Virus record (IMG/VR): IMGVR_UViG_3300046616_000314
Location: 1-64,000 of that record
Length of the DNA: 64,000 nucleotides
Reading direction: 5' to 3' (one strand)
The notes beneath the pieces are model-generated. The model saw only the letters and a program-made list of their open reading frames with translations. It did not search any database and was not told the DNA's origin. The position numbers were made by a program, and so were the translations under genes. Position 1 is the stretch's first letter. Every line of letters begins with the position of its first letter. Positions 57,181 to 64,000 of the stretch are shown here, in pieces.

Positions 57181-57420
57181 ATGCGCGAATTCATCAAACC
57201 GTATCTGGCGGTAGCAGTTTTTATCGCGGCTCTCATGTTTATCGTCGTGACCACGTACGGTCTGACCACTGGCATGTCGCTGCCTAAAGCTGTAACTTTT
57301 GGAGCCGCCGAAAGCATTCTGATAGTTGTGGCTGCTGCGCTGGGTTTCGCGCTGTCTCAATTACTCATTGCTGTGATGACCTTCGCCATTAGAAAACTCG
57401 GAGAACGTCGTGAGCACTGA
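57181..57420 (+). CDS. two-TM membrane protein
   Basis: Hydrophobic ORF. Confidence 0.65.
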   Translation: MREFIKPYLAVAVFIAALMFIVVTTYGLTTGMSLPKAVTFGAAESILIVVAAALGFALSQLLIAVMTFAIRKLGERREH

Positions 57421-57613
57421 TAAGGCTTCCATCATTGCGATGCTCAAGGGAGCAACGCTGGCAATCATTCCTCTGACCATCTTCGCCGCGATCCTCGGCT
57501 ATGGTTGGTGGTCGCCCGTGGTTGCTGCGGTTGGTTCCTATGCGGGCATCTTTGCCTTCATCGGAATGCTGTTCATCGCCGAAGGCGTGGCGCATTACGG
57601 CAACCACAAATGA
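57410..57613 (+). CDS. two-TM membrane protein
   Basis: Hydrophobic ORF. Confidence 0.65.
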   Translation: MSTDKASIIAMLKGATLAIIPLTIFAAILGYGWWSPVVAAVGSYAGIFAFIGMLFIAEGVAHYGNHK

Positions 57614-57831
57614 CCCTGGATAAAGCTACCGACATTCAGCCCCGTACAGTGGTCCGCAATCGCCTTCAGAACCTCGTAGGGACCATTACGCGGGTGGGGG
57701 AGACCTACGACCCCATCAACCAAGGAATGACCCCCTGCGTCGATATTTCGTGGCAGGACGGGACGAACATCACTGATCTATACACCCGCTATGGTGTGGA
57801 AATTGAAATGCTTGGAGTCCTTCGGTCGTGA
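57610..57831 (+). CDS. small beta-rich protein
   Basis: ATGA overlap; MTLDKATDIQ... Confidence 0.6.
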   Translation: MTLDKATDIQPRTVVRNRLQNLVGTITRVGETYDPINQGMTPCVDISWQDGTNITDLYTRYGVEIEMLGVLRS

Positions 57832-58223
57832 CCACAGTCAAAGTAAACGAAATGAAACCGGTCAAGGCTGTTCGTACGGCTGGTGGCAAGCTTGTGCCTT
57901 ACGTGGGCGGCGAGATTGTCGAAGCGTATGAATACGAAGGTCAGTTGTTTACCGATCCCAACAAGATCAAACATCTGATGGGTTTGAAGGTTCTGCGTAC
58001 TGATTTCAAGGAACTGTTTGAATTGATGCTTGAGAAAGCATCGTACGGTGCTCCGTCTTCGCCCTTCGACTATACGGATGCGCAACAAAAATATTTTGCC
58101 GAAATGGCAGACCAAATGTCGGACGACATCATTGGTTATTTCAATGTCGCTCCGCTTGAAATGATGCAACGGCTTAAGGCTCTGGTGGATCGTTTCTACG
58201 AGAACAAGTCCCTTGTTGATTGA
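57828..58223 (+). CDS. hypothetical protein
   Basis: GTGA overlap. Confidence 0.7.
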   Translation: MTTVKVNEMKPVKAVRTAGGKLVPYVGGEIVEAYEYEGQLFTDPNKIKHLMGLKVLRTDFKELFELMLEKASYGAPSSPFDYTDAQQKYFAEMADQMSDDIIGYFNVAPLEMMQRLKALVDRFYENKSLVD

Positions 58224-58629
58224 TTTCCCAGTCAAAATCTATCCGTATCAGCCTGGGCGATATGATTACGGATATGTGTCCCGGTTCTGCACTGAACAAG
58301 AACGCCAAGAAATTTTGAATGCGTCACATACGTTCGTGCCCGGTAGATGCTATCTATACTATGAATGGGAACTGGTTCGCCTGATTCGTTTCCATCATGC
58401 GGACGTTAATTTGAACGCACCGCCTGCTTCCGATTATCACATTGAATATTTCTTTCAATGGTCAACGTGGGACGGAAGGTGGTCTGAAGACCGTATTGAA
58501 CCCATCACACCAAAATATCTTGCAAATAAACTGAACTATGATAGAAATACTGTCATGGAGAAATTGATTAGCTACTTTGGTGGCGATGATTTGAAGGCAA
58601 TGTTTAAACTTGGAACCGTTTTCCTCTGA
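58213..58629 (+). CDS. IxFP-family paralog 1
   Basis: IDFPVK...RLIRF...GRWS...DDLKAMFKLG. Confidence 0.75.
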   Translation: MLIDFPVKIYPYQPGRYDYGYVSRFCTEQERQEILNASHTFVPGRCYLYYEWELVRLIRFHHADVNLNAPPASDYHIEYFFQWSTWDGRWSEDRIEPITPKYLANKLNYDRNTVMEKLISYFGGDDLKAMFKLGTVFL

Positions 58630-59053
58630 ACCGATATCATTTCCGATCAAGGTAAAGCCTCCGCGCGATTGGATCGTGTGGAAGTCGAACGACAATCCCA
58701 TGTCTATTCATGAGCCGCCCTATTGCGTGTACGACCGGGGCGACGTGGTTCTGCAAACGCACAACAAATCGGCACGTCTGATTCGTTTCATCGAAATGCG
58801 TGAACATAATCCAGTGGTCGGCAATCGCCTGCTTCCTCCACAAGCACACACGTACAAGACCATCAATGCATTTTTCCAACTGCTGGATAATGCCAAGGGC
58901 GTTTGGTTGCCCGAAGCCGTCATGGTGAGCCCTGGCACGCTGAAGTTCAGCGATACCAGACGCGAGCGTGCGATCAAGAAAATTCCGCTGCGTTTCGATG
59001 ATCCCGAAATGCAAGTCATGGCTAAGCTGGGGATTCGTTATGATCAAATTTGA
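58610..59053 (+). CDS. IxFP-family paralog 2
   Basis: ISFPIK...DRGD...RLIRF...EMQVMAKLG. Confidence 0.75.
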   Translation: MEPFSSEPISFPIKVKPPRDWIVWKSNDNPMSIHEPPYCVYDRGDVVLQTHNKSARLIRFIEMREHNPVVGNRLLPPQAHTYKTINAFFQLLDNAKGVWLPEAVMVSPGTLKFSDTRRERAIKKIPLRFDDPEMQVMAKLGIRYDQI

Positions 59054-59456
59054 ACCAATTGAATTTCCCATGCAACTCGTTATGCCTCGGCAATGCGATA
59101 TGTGGATTAGACCCGAGCATGTTTCTCTACTCAACCATAAAAACTGTCAGCCTTTGGATGAAGGCGACGTTTCGATTTTGTTTAATACCACACAACCTCG
59201 GCTCGTTCGCTATGTCCGAAACGAGTTGGACTACGCCCTACGCGACACTGGTGACGCGGCTGCACGGAAAATAATTCATAAATTCCAAGTCGCCCTTCCG
59301 GGTGGATTTTGGTCTACGCGCTTGGTCAGCGGAGACGCACGGGAAATCCGTATGTACCAAGGTGGAATTTCGTCTATTGTTCGTCAAATCGCCAGTCGGT
59401 TTGAAAGTGAAGAACTTCAGGTCATGTGTCAGCTTGGATTGAAGTTGCCCCAATGA
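59040..59456 (+). CDS. IxFP-family paralog 3
   Basis: IEFPMQ...DEGD...RLVRY...EELQVMCQLG. Confidence 0.75.
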   Translation: MIKFEPIEFPMQLVMPRQCDMWIRPEHVSLLNHKNCQPLDEGDVSILFNTTQPRLVRYVRNELDYALRDTGDAAARKIIHKFQVALPGGFWSTRLVSGDAREIRMYQGGISSIVRQIASRFESEELQVMCQLGLKLPQ

Positions 59457-59872
59457 CGTACGAAGAGATCACGTTTCCGATCCAGTTAATGAAATCGAGG
59501 CGCCTTGTTGGGCGATGGATCAACAAGGAAGATATTCCATGCATAAACGACGCGCGTTTTCAGCCGTTTGACAAAGGCGATTGCGTATTGCTTTTCAAGC
59601 ACGGTCGCCCGCGTTTGGCGCGTTACAGCCACACCGAAGTCAATTCGTCCATGGCGAGCGCGCTCAATGGCGGCACATATAAAGAAATTGAGCATATGTT
59701 TAATACTGCTGCTGCTGACGGATATTGGTCAACAAGCGTAATCTCAGGATTAGTGCGCGAAGTCGATGAATTTCACAAGATTTATCCAGAAGCTATTCGC
59801 ATAGTGTCTCAGAAGTTCAAAACGGAAGAACTTCAGGTCATGGCTCGCATAGGTATCAAACTACCTAATTAA
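59453..59872 (+). CDS. IxFP-family paralog 4
   Basis: ITFPIQ...DKGD...RLARY...EELQVMARIG. Confidence 0.75.
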   Translation: MTYEEITFPIQLMKSRRLVGRWINKEDIPCINDARFQPFDKGDCVLLFKHGRPRLARYSHTEVNSSMASALNGGTYKEIEHMFNTAAADGYWSTSVISGLVREVDEFHKIYPEAIRIVSQKFKTEELQVMARIGIKLPN

Positions 59873-59933
59873 AATATTGCATCTGCCTACCATGAATCGA
59901 TATATTAAGGATATTGATTTATGGATTTTGTAA

Positions 59934-60626
59934 GTGAAGATTACTTCCCCGTACGCCTACCCGAAGCTTGAACGAACGACATTAGCAGACGGCAATCGTT
60001 TCTATCTGTGTCCCGAGACCGGTCAACCGCTTCCGAGCGTTACGACGATCATTTCCAACACCGCTGACAAGTCCGGTCTGAATGAGTGGATTAAGCGCGT
60101 GGGTACCGAGCAAGCCGAATTGATCCGCGATCAGTCGGCGGCGATGGGTACGATCATGCACACCCACTTGGAAAATTATATCCAAGAAATTCCTCGCCCT
60201 GGTGGTACCAATCTTATCTATAAGATGGCGAAGAAGATGGCTGACAACATCATCGAGAATGGCTTGTCCAAGGTCGATGAGGTTTGGGGCATCGAAACGC
60301 CGCTGTACTTCCCTGGCGCCTATGCGGGCACGTGCGACCTTGTTGGAACCTACAAGGGCAAGCCTGCGATCATGGACTACAAGAACGCTCGTTCCAAGCG
60401 CAAGCTGACCGATGAGAGCATGGTAGTCGATTATATGGCTCAACTATGTGCTTATGCCACGGCTCACAACGTAATGTTCGGTACAAATATCGAATGTGGC
60501 GTGATCTTCATGTCTTCGCGAGAGTATGAGTACGCGGAATACGTGATTGAAGGTGATAAGTTCAAGCATTACCAACATGATTTCCTGACCCGCCTTGAGA
60601 AATATTTGGCGGCGAACCCCGTATAA
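59934..60626 (+). CDS. PD-(D/E)xK exonuclease
   Basis: LPSVTTII, GTIMH, E-x-PL, YAGTCD, IMDYK and QLCAY motifs. Confidence 0.88.
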   Translation: MKITSPYAYPKLERTTLADGNRFYLCPETGQPLPSVTTIISNTADKSGLNEWIKRVGTEQAELIRDQSAAMGTIMHTHLENYIQEIPRPGGTNLIYKMAKKMADNIIENGLSKVDEVWGIETPLYFPGAYAGTCDLVGTYKGKPAIMDYKNARSKRKLTDESMVVDYMAQLCAYATAHNVMFGTNIECGVIFMSSREYEYAEYVIEGDKFKHYQHDFLTRLEKYLAANPV

Positions 60627-60656
60627 ATACCCTACACGGTATTTTTGGAAATCATT

Positions 60657-61325
60657 ATGACCATCACAATCATCAGCAAGGTACAACTACGACGCGGTAC
60701 AGACGCCGAGCTTCCTGGCACGCCGATTTCTCTGACCCCATTGAAGTTCAATGACGGTCTGGACCTCGCCGAACTGGGTTACTCGACTGATAGCGGACGT
60801 TTGTTCATTGGTCATAGCCCTTCGGTCGGTAGCCCTAACTATGATCGGGCTCAATTTCCTTATCGTAACGTAGAAATTCTGACAGAGAACAGCCCCCGAG
60901 TTGGTAGCCTGTTCAACCTAAATGTCCGTGAGCAATCTGCTTTCGCATTTTACGTACCTACTGAGATTGCTGGAAACACCACAAGCCCGCTGACCTATGC
61001 TGAATATGATGGAGCCCTGGCTAAGCCAGCAAGCTTCCCGAACGGTTCAAACTGTTCGGCTACGGTCGAATATCATGCATTCGTTAATGGTTTGCCGGTC
61101 AAGCAAGGCGTTCTGCGCATTCTGCTAACTTCTTCGCCTGCCTTTGTGAAATGCGTTGATACCGATGTTGTTGAAAAAGATGTCGATCAAATTGTCTTCA
61201 CTATGCCAGCGGTCGGAAATGGTACCGGTGGTTCCACAAATATTCTTTGCCAAAACAATTACGCCGATCCCGTGAGCATTGTCATTCGCCGGGTCGTCGT
61301 TAACGCATACAACTTAACCACATAA
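60657..61325 (+). CDS. virion structural protein (tail/baseplate, Mtd-N-like N-terminus)
   Basis: KVQLRRGT...LAELGYSTDSGRLFIG; TATAAATA upstream. Confidence 0.7.
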   Translation: MTITIISKVQLRRGTDAELPGTPISLTPLKFNDGLDLAELGYSTDSGRLFIGHSPSVGSPNYDRAQFPYRNVEILTENSPRVGSLFNLNVREQSAFAFYVPTEIAGNTTSPLTYAEYDGALAKPASFPNGSNCSATVEYHAFVNGLPVKQGVLRILLTSSPAFVKCVDTDVVEKDVDQIVFTMPAVGNGTGGSTNILCQNNYADPVSIVIRRVVVNAYNLTT

Positions 61326-61335
61326 AGTGTGAATC

Positions 61336-61779
61336 ATGAATCCTTTCCTGTTGCCAGCCGAAGACCGGCTATCACATTGGAAGAATTTTAGAACCCAACT
61401 TGCGACCATGACGGAAGCTGAACAGCTTGCCGCCGTCGCAACCTATTGGTCATTAGCTCCGCTTTCCACAATTGCTTATGATCCCGAAGCTCTGGACGAA
61501 TGTCCTACAGCCTGGGAAATGATTAAGCACAACGATTGGTGCTCCAACTCTATTGCTGTTGGTATGGAATTCACGCTGCGTCTAAGTGGCTGGGATGCTT
61601 CGCGTCTGATCCTTCGGAATGTCAAGGATTACGATCTTTGTTTGCAGAAAATTGTTCTAGAAATTGACAACGCCCACTTTATTAACTATGATTACAGTGT
61701 GGTGGTTCCTCTCCCTGAAACTCGTTACGATATCCTAGATTCGTGGCAGTTTACAGGCAGACATTACTCAAAAATTTAA
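61336..61779 (+). CDS. hypothetical phage protein
   Basis: RLSHWKNFR...PTAWEMI...WC. Confidence 0.7.
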   Translation: MNPFLLPAEDRLSHWKNFRTQLATMTEAEQLAAVATYWSLAPLSTIAYDPEALDECPTAWEMIKHNDWCSNSIAVGMEFTLRLSGWDASRLILRNVKDYDLCLQKIVLEIDNAHFINYDYSVVVPLPETRYDILDSWQFTGRHYSKI

Positions 61780-61867
61780 GACTAAATATCCACCCTCCGC
61801 GATTTCGGGTCTGGGGTGATTAACTATATTTTTGTATTTTTATATTGTTCGAAAGTGATTGTCGCAT

Positions 61868-64000
61868 ATGTCTGAGAAAAATATCCATGTCGTGAAAAGA
61901 GACGGAACCAAAGTTCCTCTGAACCTCGAAAATATCCAAACTCAAGTGTTCCGAGCGTGTGAAGGGATTTCTGATGTATCCCAATCCATGATTGAACTGA
62001 AAGCCCGTATTCAATTCTACGACGGCATGGCTACCGAGACTATCGACAAGCTATTGCTACGCGCCATGATCGATCTAATCGACGTGTCGGATGACCCGGA
62101 AACTGGTCACACCAACTACCAATACGTTGCCGGTCGCCAACGTCTGTCCATGCTCCGCAAGGAAGTCTACGGACAATACGAGCCGCCGCGCCTTTATGAT
62201 ATCGTCAAGAAGAACGTCAAGGCGAAGCTGTACACCAAGGAACTACTGAACTGGTACAGTGAAGCCGAGTGGGATCAGATCGATTCGTTCATCGATCACA
62301 AGAAAGACCTGAAGTATTCGTACGCTGCTATTGAACAATTGGCAGAAAAGTATCTGGTCAAGAACCGCGCCACTAAGGAAATCTACGAAACTCCGCAAGT
62401 TCGTTACGCGATTGCTGCTGCAACAGCCTTCCATAACGAACCCAAAGAGAGCCGTATGGGCTATGTTAAGGATTACTATGCCTACGGCTCAAACGGCGCC
62501 TTCACCCTGGCTACACCCGTCCTGGCGGGCTTGGGAACCCCCACAAAGCAGTTTTCTTCGTGCGTTCTAATCCGTAGCGATGACGATCTCGATTCCATCT
62601 TCGCTACTGGCGAAATGATGGCGAAGTATGCTGCGAAGCGTGCGGGCATCGGTCTCGAAATTGGTCGCTTGCGTGGTCTAGGTGCGCCTATCCGCTTCGG
62701 CGAGATCATGCACACCGGCTTGGTTCCCTTCCTGAAGAAATGGTTCGGCGATCTGCGTAGCTGTTCGCAAGGCGGCATCCGCAATGCTTCGGCAACGGTT
62801 CACCTTCCGATCTGGCACTACCAGTTTGATGACTATATCGTCCTGAAGAACAATCAGGGCACGGAAGAAAACCGCGTTCGTCACATGGACTATTCGGTTG
62901 TCTTGAGCGCGTTCTTCTGGAACCGTTTCAAGCAAGGCGGCATGATTACGTTCTTCGATCCGAATGACGTGCCCGATTTGTACGAAGCGTTCTATTCGGA
63001 CGTGGAAAAGTTCAACGAACTGTACGTCAAGTACGAAAACTCTCCGTTGCTGCGTAAGAAGCAAGTTCCGGCTGAAACCGTCTTTAAGGATTGGTTGCTC
63101 AAGGAACGTTCGGACACCGGTCGTATCTACATGGTGTTTATCGACAACGTTATTCGTCACTCGCCGTTCGACAGCAAGACGCACCCGATCTATCAATCCA
63201 ACCTCTGCCAAGAAATTCTTCTACCTACGAAGTCTTTCAAGCGCATTGATGACGTTGAAGGTCGTATCGCACTCTGCACCTTGGGTTCGATGAACTGGGG
63301 TAAGTTCAAAGAGCCTGCCGACATGGAACGTGCGGCAAAGGTTCTGGTCCGCGCTCTGTCGAACGTCCTAGGCTATCAGGACTTCTTGAGCGTCCAATCG
63401 AAGCTGGCAAACGATGAGTTTGAACCTCTGGGCGTCGGCATCACCAACCTTGCTTACTGGCACGCTAAGCGTGGCTACAAGTACGGCACGGAAGAGTCGC
63501 TGAAGGAAGTTCGTCGTTGGATGGAACACCAAGCGTTCTATCTGACTGAAGCCACGGTTCAACTGGCTGAAGAACGCGGCGCCTGTAAGCTGTCGCATAC
63601 CACGTCGTACGGTCAGGGCGTCTTCCCTTGGGAAAATCGCGCCAAGGGCGTCAACGAACTGACGGACTTCACGCCTAGCCTGGATTGGGAACCGCTGCGC
63701 ACCCGTATGATCAAGTACGGTGTCCGCAACGCTACCCTGATGGCGATTGCCCCGGTGGAATCATCGTCGGTGGTGGTTGACTCGACCAACGGCATTGAAA
63801 TGCCGATGGATTTGATCTCGACCAAGGAATCCAAGGCTGGTTCGTTTATTCAAGTTGTTCCTGAGTATCTGAAGCTCAAGAACAAGTATCAGCTTATGTG
63901 GGATCAAACAGACTGCATCGAATACTTGAAGGTTGCGGCTGTTCTGTCTGCATTCTGTGATCAGTCTATCTCTACCAACACCTTCTATTCTCCGAAGCAC
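61868..64000 (+). CDS. nrdA: ribonucleotide reductase class Ia alpha subunit (runs off the right edge; absent from ORF track)
   Basis: ATP cone VVKRDG; QFSSCVL, SQGGIR, SNLCQEI, ALCTL, APVESSS and DQSIS motifs. Confidence 0.95.
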   Translation, partial: MSEKNIHVVKRDGTKVPLNLENIQTQVFRACEGISDVSQSMIELKARIQFYDGMATETIDKLLLRAMIDLIDVSDDPETGHTNYQYVAGRQRLSMLRKEVYGQYEPPRLYDIVKKNVKAKLYTKELLNWYSEAEWDQIDSFIDHKKDLKYSYAAIEQLAEKYLVKNRATKEIYETPQVRYAIAAATAFHNEPKESRMGYVKDYYAYGSNGAFTLATPVLAGLGTPTKQFSSCVLIRSDDDLDSIFATGEMMAKYAAKRAGIGLEIGRLRGLGAPIRFGEIMHTGLVPFLKKWFGDLRSCSQGGIRNASATVHLPIWHYQFDDYIVLKNNQGTEENRVRHMDYSVVLSAFFWNRFKQGGMITFFDPNDVPDLYEAFYSDVEKFNELYVKYENSPLLRKKQVPAETVFKDWLLKERSDTGRIYMVFIDNVIRHSPFDSKTHPIYQSNLCQEILLPTKSFKRIDDVEGRIALCTLGSMNWGKFKEPADMERAAKVLVRALSNVLGYQDFLSVQSKLANDEFEPLGVGITNLAYWHAKRGYKYGTEESLKEVRRWMEHQAFYLTEATVQLAEERGACKLSHTTSYGQGVFPWENRAKGVNELTDFTPSLDWEPLRTRMIKYGVRNATLMAIAPVESSSVVVDSTNGIEMPMDLISTKESKAGSFIQVVPEYLKLKNKYQLMWDQTDCIEYLKVAAVLSAFCDQSISTNTFYSPKH

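Noticed and set aside
59934-60626. Cas4 / CRISPR adaptation gene
   Set aside because: It lacks the four-Cys Fe-S pattern and any CRISPR context, so it fits a generic phage PD-(D/E)xK exonuclease.
61868-64000. Intron or intein in nrdA
   Set aside because: The frame is continuous and motif spacing fits an uninterrupted class Ia alpha subunit.

Overview
This is a 64-kb segment of a large T4-superfamily-like (jumbo-type) dsDNA phage, probably infecting a Caulobacterales alphaproteobacterium (inferred from an hfaABD-like operon). Core genes include a UvsW-like helicase, gp62-like clamp-loader subunit, a miniature DnaE-like polymerase, primase, gp41/DnaB-like helicase, PD-(D/E)xK exonuclease, class Ia nrdA and a block of late/virion genes driven by TAAATA promoters. 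Seven tRNA genes are present. The dominant feature is a family of about 50 ORFs with variable N-termini that end in a shared motif, F-x-[ST/N]-E-[ED]-D-x-x-x-F-K-L-K-[WFY]-x-stop. They lie in translationally coupled tandem arrays, where the motif's own codons supply the next gene's start, and as singletons between core genes. Other highlights are a three-gene holdfast-anchor/curli-like secretion operon, an outer-membrane beta-barrel and an ArfA gene carrying an internal hairpin. RMF-like, HicB-like and HD alarmone-hydrolase-like genes, three late ADP-ribosyltransferase-like genes and a shared AT-rich 13-mer upstream of the helicase and nrdA are also present. All family assignments come from reading motifs by eye; no searches were run.
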